64,000 nucleotides of DNA from Eledone cirrhosa (taxonomy: Eukaryota), in the NCBI GenBank assembly GCA_964016885.1, contig OZ024741.1:240932001-240996000 (forward strand), in the 5' to 3' direction. The notes beneath the pieces are model-generated. The model made no database searches, was not told where the DNA came from, and was given only the letters and a program-made list of their open reading frames with translations. A program made the position numbers and the translations under genes. Positions 49,681 to 63,600 of the stretch are shown here, in pieces. Each line of letters opens with the position of its first letter. Position 1 is the stretch's first letter.

Positions 49681-52600
49681 TGGGGATGTCTGTGGTAGTG
49701 GTGGTGGCGGTAGTGCTTATGTCTGTGGCAGTGGTGGTGGTTGTGGTGGTGGTGGTTATGCCTGTGGTAGTGGTGTTGGTGGTGGTGGTTATGCCTGTGG
49801 TAGTGGTGGTGGTGTTGGTGGTAGTGGTGTTGGTGGTGGTGGTTATGTCTGTGGTAGTGGTGTTGGTGGTGGTGGTTATGTCTGTGGTAGTGGTGGTGGT
49901 GGTGTTGGTGGTTTTGTCTGTGGTAGTGCTGTTGGTGGTGGTGGTTATGTCTGTGGTAATGGTGTTGGTGGTGGTGGTTATGTCTGTGGTAGTGGTGTTG
50001 GTGGTGGTGGTTATGTCTGTGGTAGTGGTGTTGGTGGTGGTGGTTATGTATGTGGTAGTGGTGTTGGTGGTGGTGGTGGTGGTGGTGGTTATGTCTGTGG
50101 TAGTGGTGTTAGTGGTGGTGGTTATGTCTGTGGTAGTGGTGTTGGTGGTAGTGGTTATGTCTGTGGTAGTGGTGGTGGTGGTGTTGGTGGTTTTGTCTGT
50201 GGTAGTGCTGTTGGTGGTGGTGGTTATGTATGTGGTAGTAGTGTTGGTGGTGGTGGTTATGTCTGTGGTAGTGGTGTTGGTGGTGGTTATGTCTGTGGTA
50301 GTGGTGTTGGTGGTGGTTATGTCTGTGGTAATGGTGTTGGTGGTGGTGGTTATGTCTGTGGTAGTGGTGGTGGTGGTGGTGGTTATGTCTGTGGTAGTGG
50401 TGTTGGTGGTGGTGGTTATGTCTGTGGTAGTGGTGTTGGTGGTGGTGGTTATGTCTGTGGTAGTGGTGTTGGTGGTGGTGGTTATACTGTGGTAGTGGTG
50501 TTGGTGGTGGTTATGTCTGTAGTAGTGGTGTTGGTGGTGGTTATATCTGTGGTAATGGTGTTGGTGGTGGTGGTTATATCTGTGGTAGTGGTGGTGGTGG
50601 TGGTGGTTATGTCTGTGGTAGTGGTGTTGGTGGTGGTGGTTATGTCTGTGGTAGTGGTGTTGGTGGTGGTGGTTATGTCTGTGGTAGTGGTGTTGGTGGT
50701 GGTGGTTATGTCTGTGGTGTTGGTGGTGGTGGTTATGTCTGTGGTAGTGGTGTTGGTGGTGGTGGTTATGTCTGTGGTAGTGGTGGTGGTGGTGGTGGTT
50801 ATGTCTGTGGTAGAGGTGTTGGTGGTGGTGGTTATGTAAGTGGTAGTGGTGTTGGTGGTGGTGGTTATGTAAGTGGTAGTGGTGTTGGTGGTGGTGGTTA
50901 TGTATGTGGTAGTGGTGTTGGTGGTGGTGGTTATGTCTGTGGTAGAGGTGTTGGTGGTGGTGGTTATGTCTGTGGTAGTGGTGTTGGTGGTGGTTGTTGT
51001 CTGTGGTAGTGGTGTTGGTGGTGGTGGTGGTGGTTATGTCTGTGGTAGTGGTGTTGGTGGTGGTGGTTATGTCTGTGGTAGAGATGTTGGTGGTGGTGGT
51101 TATGTCTGTGGTAGTGGTGTTGGTGGTGGTGGTTATGTAAGTGGTAGTGGTGTTGGTGGTGGTGGTTATGTATGTGGTAGTGGTGTTGGTGGTGGTGGTT
51201 ATGTCTGTGGTAGAGGTGTTGGTGGTGGTGGTTATGTCTGTGGTAGTGGTGTTGGTGGTGGTTGTTGTCTGTGGTAGTCGTGTTGGTGGTGGTGGTGGTG
51301 GTTATGTCTGTGGTAGTGGTGTTGGTGGTGGTGGTTATGTCTGTGGTAGAGATGTTGGTGGTGGTGGTTATGTCTGTGGTAGTGGTGTTGGTGGTGGTGG
51401 TTATGTAAGTGGTAGTGGTGTTGGTGGTGGTGGTTATGTATGTGGTAGTGGTGTTGGTGGTGGTGGTTATGTCTGTGGTAGAGGTGTTGGTGGTGGTGGT
51501 TATGTCTGTGGTAGTGGTGTTGGTGGTGGTTGTTGTCTGTGGTAGTCGTGTTGGTGGTGGTGGTGGTGGTTATGTCTGTGGTAGTGGTGTTGGTGGTGGT
51601 GGTTATGTCTGTGGTAGTGGTGTTGGTGGTAGTGGTTATGTCTGTGGTAGTGGTGGTGGTAGTGGTGTTGGTGGTGGTGGTTATGTCTGTGGTAGTGGTG
51701 TTGGTGGTGGTGGTTATGTCTGTGGTAGTGGTGTTGGTGGTGGTGGTTATGTCTGTGGTAGTGGTGTTGGTGGTGGTGGTTATGTCTGTGGTAGTGGTGT
51801 TGGTGGTGGTTATGTCTGTGGTAGTGGTGTTGGTGGTGGTTATGTCTGTGGTAATGGTGTTGGTGGTGGTGGTTATATCTGTGGTAGTGGTGGTGGTGGT
51901 GGTGGTTATGTCTGTGGTAGTGTTGTTGGTGGTGGTGGTTATATCTGTGGTAGTGGTGTTGGTGGTGGTGGTGGTGGTTATGTCTGTGGTAGTGGTGTTG
52001 GTGGTGTTTATGTCTGTGGTAGTGGTGTTGGTGGTGGTTATGTCTGTGGTAATGGTGTTGGTGGTGGTGGTTATATCTGTGGTAGTGGTGGTGGTGGTGG
52101 TGTTTATGTCTGTGGTAGTGGTGTTGGTGGTGGTGGTTATGTCTGTGGTAGTGGTGTTGGTGGTGGTGGTTATGTCTGTGGTAGTGGTGTTGGTGGTGGT
52201 GGTTATGTCTGTGGTAGTGGTGTTGGTGGTGGTGGTTATGTCTGTGGTAGTGGTGTTGGTGGTGGTTATGTCTGTGGTAGTGGTGTTGGTGGTGGTTATG
52301 TCTGTGGTAGTGGTGTTGGTGGTGGTTATGTCTGTGGTAATGGTGTTGGTGGTGGTGGTTATATCTGTGGTAGTGGTGGTGGTGGTGGTGGTTATGTCTG
52401 TGGTAGTGTTGTTGGTGGTGGTGGTTATATCTGTGGTAGTGGTGTTGGTGGTGGTGGTGGTGGTTATGTCTGTGGTAGTGGTGTTGGTGGTGGTTATGTC
52501 TGTGGTAGTGGTGTTGGTGGTGGTTATGTCTGTGGTAATGGTGTTGGTGGTGGTGGTTATATCTGTGGTAGTGGTGGTGGTGGTGGTGTTTATGTCTGTG

Positions 52601-55600
52601 GTAGTGGTGTTGGTGGTGGTGGTTATGTCTGTGGTAGTGGTGTTGGTGGTGGTGGTTATGTCTGTGGTAGTGGTGTTGGTGGTGGTGGTTATGTCTGTGG
52701 TAGTGGTGTTGGTGGTGGTGGTTATGTCTGTGGTAGTGGTGTTGGTGGTGGTGGTTATGTCTGTGGTAGTGGTGTTGGTGGTGGTGGTTATGTCTGTGGT
52801 AGTGGTGTTGGTGGTAGTGGTTATGTCTGTGGTAGTGGTGTTGGTGGTGGTGGTTATGTATGTGGTAGTGGTGTTGGTGGTGGTGGTTATGTCTGTGGTA
52901 GTGGTGTTGGTGGTGGTGGTTATGTCTGTGGTAGTGGTGTTGGTGGTGGTGGTTATGTCTGTGGTGTTGGTGGTGGTGGTTATGTCTGTGGTGGTGCTGG
53001 TGGTAGTGGTGGTTATGTCTGTGGTAGTGGTGTTGGTGGTAGTGGTTATGTCTGTGGTAGTGGTGGTGGTGGTTACGTCTGTGGCAGTGGTGGTGGTGGT
53101 AGTGGTGGGTGTTATGTCTGTGGTAGTGGTGGTGGTGGTGGTGGTTGTCTGTGGTAGTGGTGTTGGTGGTGGTGGTTATGTTGTGGTAGCGGTGGTGGTG
53201 GTGGTGGTGGTTATGTCTGTGGTAGTGGTGTTGGTGGTGGTGGTGGTGGTTATGTCTGTGGTAATGGTGATGGTGGTGGTGGTTATGTCTGTGGTAGTGG
53301 TGGTGGTGGTGGTGGTTTTGTCTGTGGTGGTGTTGGTGGTGGTGGTGGTTATATCTGTGGTAGTGGTGTTGGTGGTGGTGGTTATGTTGTGGTAGCGGTG
53401 TTGGTGGTGGTGGTTATGTCTGTGGTGGTGGTGTTGGTGGTGGTGGTTATGTAAGTGGTAGTGGTGTTGGTGGTGGTGGTTATGTATGTGGTAGTGGTGT
53501 TGGTGGTGGTGGTTATGTATGTGGTAGTGGTGTTGGTGGTGGTGGTTATGTCTGTGGTAGTGGTGTTGGTGGTGGTGGTTGTCTGTGGTAGTGGTGTTGG
53601 TGGTGGTGGTGGTGGTTATGTCTGTGGTAGTGGTGGTGGTGGTTATGTCTGTGGTAGTGGTAGTGGTGGTGGTGGTGATGTCTGTGGTAGTGGAGGTGGT
53701 GGTGGTGGTTACGTCTGTGGCAGTGGTGTTGGTGGTGGTGGTGGTGGTTATGTCTGTGGTAGTGGTGTTGGTGGTGGTGCTTATGTCTGTGGTAGTGGTG
53801 TTGGTGGTGGTGGTTATGTCTGTGGTAGTGGTGTTGGTGGTAGTGGTTATGTCTGTGGTAATGGTGTTGGTGGTGGTGGTTATGTCTGTGGTAGTGGTGT
53901 TGGTGGTGGTGGTTATGTCTGTGGTAGTGGTGTTGGTGGTAGTGGTTATGTCTGTGTTAATGGTGTTGGTGGTGGTGGTTATGTCTGTGGTAGTGGTGTT
54001 GGTGGTGGTGGTTATGTCTGTGGTAGTGGTGTTGGTGGTAGTGGTTATGTCTGTGGTAGTGGTGTTGGTGGTGGTGGTTATGTCTGTGGTAGTGGTGTTG
54101 GTGGTGGTGGTTATGTCTGTGGTAGTGGTGTTGGTGGTGGTGGTTATGTCTGTGGTAGTGGTGTTGGTGGTGGTGGTTATGTCTGTGGTAGTGGTGTTGG
54201 TGGTAGTGGTTATGTCTGTGGTAGTGGTGTTGGTGGTGGTAGTTATGTATGTGGTAGTGGTGTTGGTGGTGGTCGTTATGTCTGTGGTAGTGGTGTTGGT
54301 GGTGGTGGTTATGTCTGTGGTAGTGGTGTTGGTGGTGGTGGTTATGTCTGTGGTGTTGGTGGTGGTGGTTATGTCTGTGGTAGTGGTGGTGGTGTTGGTG
54401 GTTATGTCTGTGGTAGTGGTGGTGGTGGTGGTGGTTATGTCTGTGGTAGTGGTTGTGGTGGTGGTTATGTCTGTGGTAGAGGTGTTGGTGGTGGTGGTTA
54501 TGTCTGTGGTAGAGGTGTTGGTGGTGGTGGTTATGTCTGTGGTAGTGGTGGTGGTGTTGGTGGTTATGTCTGTGGTAGTGGTGGTGGTGGTGGTGGTTAT
54601 GTCTGTAATAGTGGTGGTGGTGGTGGTTATGTCTGTGGTAGAGGTGTTGGTGGTGTTGGTTATGTCTGTGGTAGAGGTGTTGGTGGTGGTGGTTATGTCT
54701 GTGGTAGTGGTGGTGGTGTTGGTGGTTATGTCTGTGGTAGTGGTGGTGGTGGTGGTGGTTATGTCTGTGGTAGTGGTGGTGGTGGTGGTTATGTCTGTGG
54801 TAGAGGTGTTGGTGGTGGTGGTTATGTCTGTGGTAGAGGTGTTGGTGGTGGTGGTTATGTCTGTGGTAGTGGTGGTGGTGTTGGTGGTTATGTCTGTGGT
54901 AGTGGTGGTGGTGGTGGTTATGTCTGTGGTAGTGGTGGTGGTGGTGGTTATGTCTGTGGTAGTGGTGTTGGTGGTGGTGGTTATGTCTGTGGTAGTGGTG
55001 TCGGTGGTGGTGGTTATGTCTGTGGTAGTGGTGTTGGTGGTGGTGGTGGTGGTTATGTCTGTGGTAGTGGTGGTGGTGGTGGTTATGTCTGTGGTAGTGG
55101 TGTTGGTGGTGGTGGTTATGTATGTGGTAGTGGTGTTGGTGGTGGTGGTGGTGGTGGTTATGTCTGTGGTAGAGGTGTTGGTGGTGGTGGTTATGTCTGT
55201 GGTAGAGGTGTTTGTGGTGGTGGTTATGTCTGTGGTAGTGGTGTTGGTGGTGGTGGTTATGTCTGTGGTAGTGGTGATGATGGTAGTGGTGTTGGTGGTG
55301 GTGGTTATGTCTGTGGTAGTGGTGGTGGTGGTGGTTATGTCTGTGGTAGTGGTGTGGTGGTGGTTATGTCTGTGTTAGTGGTGGTGGTGGTGGTTATGTC
55401 TGTGGTAGTGGTGTTGGTGGTGGTGGTTATGTCTGTGGTAGTGGTGGTGGTGGTTATGTCTGTGGTAGTGGTGATGGTGGTAGTGGTGTTGGTGGTGGTG
55501 GTTATGTCTGTGGTAGAGGTGTTGGTGGTGGTGGTTATGTCTGTAGTAGTGGTGATGGTGGTAGTGGTGTTGGTGGTGGTGGTTATGTCTGTGGTAGAGG

Positions 55601-58400
55601 TGGTGGTGGTGGTGGTTATGTCTGTGGTAGTGGTGGTGGTGGTGGTTATGTCTGTGGTAGTGGTGGTGGTGGTGGTTATGTCTGTGGTAGTGGTGGTGGT
55701 GGTGGTTATGTCTGTAGTAGTGGTGGTGGTGGTGGTGGTGGTGGTGGTTATGTCTGTGGTAGTGGTAGTGGTGGTGGTGGTGGCTATGTCTGTGGTAATG
55801 GTGTTGGTGGTGGTGGTGGTTATGTATGTGGTAGTGGTGTTGGTGGTGGTGGTTATGTCTGTGGTAGTGGTGTTGGTGGTGGTGGTTATGTATGTGGTAG
55901 TGGTGTTGGTGGTGGTGGTTATGTCTGTGGTAGTGGTGTTGGTGGTGGTGGTTATGTCTGTGGTAGTGGTGTTGGTGGTGGTGGTTATGTCTGTGGTAGT
56001 GGTGTTGGTGGTGGTGGTTATGTATGTGGTAGTGGTGTTGGTGGTAGTGGTTATGTCTGTGGTAGTGGTGGTGGTGGTTATGTCTGTGGTAGTGGTGTTG
56101 GTGGTGGTTATGTCTGTGGTAGTGGTGGTGGTGGTGGCTATGTCTGTGGTAATGGTGTTGGTGGTGGTGGTGGTGGTTATGTATGTGGTAGTGGTGTTGG
56201 TGGTGGTGGTTATGTCTGTGGTAGTGGTGTTGGTGGTGGTGGTTATGTATGTGGTAGTGGTGTTGGTGGTGGTGGTTATGTCTGTATTAGTGGTGTTGGT
56301 GGTGGTGGTTATGTCTGTGGTAGTGGTGTTGGTGGTGGTGGTTATGTCTGTGGTAGTGGTGTTGGTGGTGGTGGTTATGTCTGTGGTAGTGGTGTTGGTG
56401 GTAGTGGTTATGTCTGTGGTAGTGGTAGTGGTGGTGGTGGTTATGTCTGTGGTAGTGGTGTTGGTGGTGGTGGTGGTGGTTATGTCTGTGGTAGTGGTGT
56501 TGGTGGTGGTGGTTATGTCTCTGGTAGTGGTGTTGGTGGTGGTGGTTATGTCTGTGGTAGTGATAGTGGTGGTGGTGGTTATGTCTGTGGTAGTGGTGGT
56601 GGTGGTTATGTCTGTGGTAGTGGTAGTGGTGGTGGTGGTGATGTCTGTGGTAGTGGAGGTGGTGGTGGTGGTTACGTCTGTGGCAGTGGTGTTGGTGGTG
56701 GTGGTGGTTATGTCTGTGGTAGTGGTGTTGGTGGTGGTGGTTATGTCTGTGGTAGTGGTGTTGGTGGTGGTGGTTATGTCTGTGGTAGTGGTGTTGGTGG
56801 TAGTGGTTATGTCTGTGGTAATGGTGTTGGTGGTGGTGGTTATGTCTGTGGTAGTGGTGTTGGTGGTGGTGGTTATGTCTGTGGTAGTGGTGTTGGTGGT
56901 AGTGGTTATGTCTGTGTTAATGGTGTTGGTGGTGGTGGTTATGTCTGTGGTAGTGGTGTTGGTGGTGGTGTTTATGTCTGTGGTAGTGGTGTTGGTGGTA
57001 GTGGTTATGTCTGTGGTAGTGGTGTTGGTGGTGGTGGTTATGTCTGTGGTAGTGGTGTTGGTGGTGGTGGTTATGTCTGTGGTAGTGGTGTTGGTGGTGG
57101 TGTTTATGTCTGTGGTAGTGGTGTTGGTGGTAGTGGTTATGTCTGTGGTAGTGGTGTTGGTGGTGGTGGTTATGTCTGTGGTAGTGGTGTTGGTGGTGGT
57201 GGTTATGTCTGTGGTGTTGGTGGTGGTGGTTATGTCTGTGGTAGTGGTGGTGGTGTTGGTGGTTATGTCTGTGGTAGTGGTGGTGGTGCTGGTGGTTATG
57301 TCTGTGGTAGTGGTTGTGGTGGTGGTTATGTCTGTGGTAGAGGTGTTGGTGGTGGTGGTTATGTCTGTGGTAGAGGTGTTGGTGGTGGTGGTTATGTCTG
57401 TGGTAGTGGTGGTGGTGTTGGTGGTTATGTCTGTGGTAGTGGTGGTGGTGGTGGTGGTTATGTCTGTAGTAGTGGTGGTGGTGGTGGTTATGTCTGTGGT
57501 AGAGGTGTTGGTGGTGGTGGTTATGTCTGTGGTAGAGGTGTTGGTGGTGGTGGTTATGTCTGTGGTAGTGGTGGTGGTGTTGGTGGTTATGTCTGTGGTA
57601 GTGGTGGTGGTGGTGGTTATGTCTGTGGTAGTGGTGTTGGTGGTGGTGGTTATGTCTGTGGTAGTGGTGTCGGTGGTGGTGGTTATGTCTGTGGTAGTGG
57701 TGTTGGTGGTGGTGGTGGTGGTTATGTCTGTGGTAGTGGTGGTGGTGGTGGTTATGTCTGTGGTAGTGGTGTTGGTGGTGGTGGTTATGTATGTGGTAGT
57801 GGTGTTGGTGGTGGTGGTGGTGGTGGTTATGTCTGTGGTAGAGGTGTTGGTGGTGGTGGTTATGTCTGTGGTAGAGGTGTTTGTGTTGGTGGTTATGTCT
57901 GTGGTAGTGGTGTTGGTGGTGGTGGTTATGTCTGTGGTAGTGGTGATGATGGTAGTGGTGTTGGTGGTGGTGGTGGTTATGTATGTGGTAGTGGTGGTGG
58001 TGGTGGTGGTGGTTATGTCTGTGGTAGTGGTGGTGGTGGTGGTGGTTGTTATGTCTGTGGTAGTGGTAGTGGTAGTGGTGGTCGTGGTGGTTATGTCTGT
58101 GGTAGTGGTGGTGGTGTTGGTGGTTGTTATGTCTGTGGTAGTGGTAGTGGTAGTGGTGGTGGTGGTGGTTATGTCTGTGGTAGTGGTGGTGGTGTTGGTG
58201 GTGGTTATGTCTGTGGTAGTGGTGGTGGCGGTGGTGGTGGTTATGTCTGTGGTAGTGGTAGTGGTGGTGGTGGTTATGTCTGTGGTAGTGGTGGTGGTGG
58301 TGGTGATGGTTATGTCTGTGGTAGTGGTAGTGGTGGTGGTGGTGGTTATGTCTGTGGTAGCGGTAGTGGTGGTGGTTATGTCTGTGGTAGTGGTTATGAT
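49680..58400. repeat. 8.7-kb array of a ~33-bp unit tatgtctgtggtagtggtgtt(ggt)n
   Basis: Unit length varies by whole GGT triplets; 268-bp higher-order triplication (50873/51141/51409) and a large duplication (marker at ~53674 and ~56637). Confidence 0.95.
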
Positions 58401-58499
58401 GATGAAGAAAGACAAATAGAAATATTTCGAAAGTAAAAGACTAGTAAGTATCGTACATTGAATGGAATTATGCAAAGTTAATTAAGAGAAAAAAAGTAA

Positions 58500-59166
58500 G
58501 CTGGTAGTAGTAGTAGTGGTGGTGGTGGTTGTATTAGTGGCATTAGTAGTAGTAGTAATGGTGATAGCAGTAGTACTAGTAGTAGTAGAAGTAGTGATTG
58601 CAGCAGTGGTGGTGTTGGTAGTAGTAGTAGTAGTAGTGGTGGTGTTGGTAGTGGTAGTAATAGTAGTAGTGGTGGTAGTTGTGGTTGTGATGGTAGTAGT
58701 CGTAGTAGTAGTGGTGTTGGTAGTTGTGGTTGTGATGGTAGTAATAGTAGTAGTGGTGGTGGTAGTTGTGGTTGTGATGGTAGTAGTAATAGTAGTAGTA
58801 GTGGTAGTTGTGGTTGTGGTGGTAGTAATAGTAATAGTGGTGGTAGTTGTGGTTGTGATGGTAGTAAACGTAGGAGTAGTAGTGGTAGTTGTGGTTGTTG
58901 TGGTTGTGGTGGTAATAATAGTAGTAGTAGTGGTGGTAGTTGTGGTTGTGATGGAAGTAGTAGTAGTAGTAGTGGTAGTAGTAGTAGTTGTGGTTGTGGT
59001 GGTTGCGGTGGTAGTAGTGGTAGTAGTGGTGGTAGTAGTGGTGGTTGTGGTGGTTATGGTGGTAGTAGTGGTGGTAGTTGTGGTTGTGATGGTAGTAGTA
59101 GTAGTAGTAGTGGTAGTGGTAGTAGTAGTAGTTGTGGTGGTAGTGGTGGTAGTGGTGGTAGTAGTA
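58500..59166. repeat. GTA/GTG/GTT trinucleotide low-complexity tract
   Basis: gtagttgtggttgtgatggtagta-like units. Confidence 0.85.
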
Positions 59167-59353
59167 TGTTGTTCTATTTGAATAGAAAGTGAAGTCTCCA
59201 CTGAAATCTTGTAACATGTTATTTGGAGACAATGATGATTGCTAACAATGGAACCAGTGATGCTTTATGGCAATCATATATGTAAAAGACAGTTGGAAGA
59301 ATGGATATATATATATATGTATGTATATATATGTGTATATATCTGTATATAAA

Positions 59354-59414
<61 letters not shown>

Positions 59415-59542
59415 GTATATAAAACATACATATATATATATTATATATATATTATATATATATACATATATATATATATATACACACATATATATATATA
59501 TAAAACATATATATATATTATATATATATTATATATATATAC

Positions 59543-59605
<63 letters not shown>

Positions 59606-59645
59606 GTATTATATACATATATATATTATATACATATATATATAT

Positions 59646-59682
<37 letters not shown>

Positions 59683-59699
59683 TATATATATATATATAT

Positions 59700-59800
<101 letters not shown>

Positions 59801-59854
59801 ATATATATTTGTATTATATACATATATATATTGTATACATATATATATATTATG

Positions 59855-59899
<45 letters not shown>

Positions 59900-59966
59900 A
59901 TTATATACATATATATATATTATGTATATATATATATATATTTATATTATATACATATATATATAT

Positions 59967-60007
<41 letters not shown>

Positions 60008-60619
60008 ATATATATATGTGTGTGTGTATACATATATATATGTATGTATATATATATATGTGTATATACATATATGTGTGTATATATATATATATATGTG
60101 CATGTGTGTGTGTATGTATGTATATGTGTGTATGATACACCTGAACCACATCATATACCTGTGTTTGTGTGGATGACAGTTTGTCTGTCTCCCTCCCTCC
60201 CTCTTTCTATCTAGCTACCTCCCCCTCCCCTTCCTCCTACCCCTCCCATTCCTCCTACCCCTCCCCTTCCTCCTACCCCTCCCCTTCCTCCTACCCCTCC
60301 CCTTCCTCTTTCCCTTCCTCCTATACTATGTTTCAGTTTCTCAGTATAACTCTATTATGATAAACTATAACAAAGCTTTGAGCAAGTTTTCATTGTAATA
60401 TCATTAGTTAATTGAACTGTGTGTGAGTGTGTAGTGTGTAGTGTGTTGTGTGTTGTGTGTTGTGTGTAGTGTGTAGTGTGTTGTGTGTTGTGTGTAGTGT
60501 GTAGTGTGTAGTGTGTAGTGTGTTGTGTGTAGTGTGTAGTGTGTAGTGTGTATATTGGTGTGATTGATATTGGATGTCAACTGTGTGTTGTACAATGTAT
60601 TTCTGTTACTGGGTTAGTC

Positions 60620-60715
60620 TACATGTGTGTGTGTGTGTTGTATGTTTGCACATGTGTGATATTGTTTGTGTGTGTGTATGTGTGTGTGTGTAGTATGTTT
60701 GCACATGTGTGATAT

Positions 60716-60746
<31 letters not shown>

Positions 60747-61900
60747 AGTATGTTTGCACATGTGTGATATTGTTTGTGTGTGTTTAGTGTGTGTGTGTGT
60801 GTGTGTGTGTAGTATGTTTGCACATAATAATAATAATAATGAAATATTGTGTACAGTGCTCAGGTGCACTACAACTCATCAAAAGTGTATGCATAGTACA
60901 TAGGGTAATGTACAAACGTCAGGAAAATGAACAGTGCATGAGTCATGATGCACACGTGTGTGCATGTGTATGGAAGGGGTACATCAGGTGTAGTTTTGGC
61001 GAATTTCGAGAAGCATGAGGGTTTTAAAGGATGCTGTGTCTCAGCAGCTAACAACTGACGCAGGCAGTTTGTTCCATGTTTCAGCAACTCTGAGCATGAA
61101 AAAATGTCTACCAAAGTCATGGGAACTGTGCTGTTTTCTGACTTTGTAGGCATGTCCACGTTTGTTAGACACATGGAGATCAAAAAGGTGCTCAGGGTTG
61201 TTGTTGGCGAGATGGTTTGTGGGTGTTTACCAAGTCCATTGCCAGACGTCGGAGCTTCAATGAATCCATGCCCAGGGAAGCAAGGCGTTCAGAGTATGGT
61301 AGGTGTCTGATGGAGGGTATGCGCTTGGTTGCACGTCTCTGAACAGTTTCCAGGAGGTCAATGTTCTGAGCAAGATAGGGGTTCCAGACTGATGATGCGA
61401 ATTCCAAGTGTGGTCGTACCATAGCTGTATACAGTTTTAAATAGATGGCTGGAGAGCGGCTAACAAAGGTCTTGCTGAGTGATGCCAAGACACCCTCGGC
61501 CTTCTTGACAATCTTAGAGACATGCTTTGTCCAACGCAAATCACTGCTGACAGTAATGCCTAGGTCACGTTCACATGTGTGATATTGTTTCTGTGTATGT
61601 GTGTGTGTGTGTGTAGTATGTTTGCACATGTGTGATATTGTTTGTGTGTGTGTAATATGTTTGCACATGTGTGATATTGTGTGTGTGTGTAATGTTTGCA
61701 CATGTGTGATATTGTTTGTGTGTGTGTATGTTTGCACATGTGTGATATTGTTTGTGTGTGTGTATGTGTGTAGTATGTTTGCACATGTGTGATATTGTTT
61801 GTGGGTGTGTGTGCATGTGTGTGTGTGTGTGTGTGTGTAGTATGTTTGCACATGTGTGATATTGTGTGTGTAGTATACTTGCATAGGTGTGATGTTGTTT
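60620..61900. repeat. tagtatgtttgcacatgtgtgatattgttt(gt)n minisatellite split by a LINE insertion
   Basis: Same unit at 60620-60825 and 61572-61900. Confidence 0.85.
60825..61572 (-). mobile_element. CR1/L2-group LINE, 5'-truncated
   Basis: ERDLGITVSSDLRW..H...LY..MVRPHLEFASSVWNPY....LETVQRRATK.IP....LPYSERL..LG..SL..RR; (ATT)n tail. Confidence 0.92.
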
Positions 61901-62139
61901 AGCACCAGAGGATTCCTGATTAAGCAGAGCTATGATCAAGGAGTTTCCTGCCATGACCATCCTGTCTTCTTAAGGATGGATATATCTAATCCAATCCAGA
62001 GCCTTCTCACTCCTGTTGGAGCAACCCCTCTCTGGTTGACCTCCACCTATTTCTATTTGGTTTGGCCATGTCAATAGTGTAGCCATACTCACCATGCTTG
62101 GCCAATTATGGGTTGGTGAGTTTATTTCACCCATATTGA

Positions 62140-62300
62140 GGGTGGCTGGGCAGAGCATATTCAGGGAGGACCTGTGGGAGATGGGAATTACCTGGAGAGG
62201 TGCTAGAAAGGCTGCCAGTGTCAGGATCAAGTGGTGGAAGCTCGTCGCCCAATGTTCTATAAGGGACTGGAGGAACTAAGACTAAGACTAAGACTAAGAG
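62140..62300 (+). mobile_element. RTE-clade LINE extreme 3' end
   Basis: FREDLWEMGITWRGARKAASVRIKWWKLVAQCSIRDWRN* followed by an (actaag)4 tail. Confidence 0.75.
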
Positions 62301-62599
62301 GATGGATGGATGTTGACTCTGAGGAGTTTATCCTCTCCTTTAACAGCTCTTGTTTTTTGTGCTGTTGGGGTTCCATTTACCCTCTTCTCCAGACCAGAGT
62401 TTGGTGGGGGAGCTAGGTTAGTCACTGACCACTCAGCCATGAGGTAGGTTGTACTGGGTTACATGGTACCAGTAGAGAGCAAAAGCCTGACTTGACTCCA
62501 GGGATGGATATTTAGAACATATTTCTATTTCTTGTATCTTGTAGGTCAAGTTAACATATAGAAGCTCCGTATTGGCTGGTGTGTGTGTGTGTGTGCTGC

Positions 62600-63110
62600 A
62601 TAAGTTGTGTGTTTAATGTGTACTGCTGTGTATGAAATATGTGCTGTTGTGTGTTCAATGTGTAGTGTTGTGTGTGAAATATGTTACTCTTGTGTGTTTA
62701 ATGCGTACTGATGTGTGTGAAATATGTGCTGTTGTGTGTTTAATGTGTACTGTTGTGTGTGAAATATCTGTTGTTGAGTGTTTAATGTGTACTGTTGTGT
62801 GTGAAATATGTGTTGTGTGTTTAATGTGTACTGCTGTTTGTGAAATATGTACTGTTGTGTGTTTAATGTGTACTGCTGTGTGTGAAATATGTGTTGTTGT
62901 GTGTTTAATGTGTATTGCTGTGTGTGAAATATATGCTGTTGTGTGTTTAATGTGTACTGCTGTGTGTGAAATATGTGTTGTTGTGTGTTTAATGTGTACT
63001 GCTGTGTGTGAAATATATGCTGTTGTGTGTTTAATGTGTATTGCTGTGTGTGAAATATATGCTGTTGTGTGTTTAATGTGTACTGCTGTGTGTGAAATAT
63101 GTGCTGCTAC
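62600..63110. repeat. 42-bp minisatellite
   Basis: tgtgtgtttaatgtgtactgctgtgtgtgaaatatgtgctgt, about 12 copies. Confidence 0.9.
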
Positions 63111-63319
63111 TGTTGTTTGTTTTTCCCTTGGACAACATCGATGGCATGGAAAAAAGAGACTGGTATGCATGGGCAGTGGATGGTCTTACACAAAATCACC
63201 TTGCACATGCTCGTGCCTTGGAAGAATCTTTCTAAGTGCCAACTGATGTTTGTCTAAGATGTGTTATTTTAGAATGTATCTCCAATATATTGTTTATACA
63301 TTGTTGTTTGTTGACTATT

Positions 63320-63600
63320 TAACTGATAAACTAACTGGATATATAACTGAAAAACTAGCTGGATATATAACTGATAAACTAACTGGATATATAACTGATA
63401 AACTAACTGGATATATAACTGATAAACTAGCTGAATATATAACTGATAAACTAACTGGATATATAACTGATAAACTAACTGGATATATAACTGATAAACT
63501 AACTGGATATATAACTGATAAACTAACTGGATATATAACTGATAAACTAACTGGATATATAACTGATAAACTAACTGGATATATAACTGATAAACTATCT
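63320..63600. repeat. 24-bp minisatellite
   Basis: taactgataaactaactggatata, about 11.5 copies. Confidence 0.95.

Noticed and set aside
53455-58419. 1654-aa Val-rich or Gly-rich CDS
   Set aside because: Product of GGT-based repeats; the ORF switches repeat register mid-way and poly-Val is implausible.
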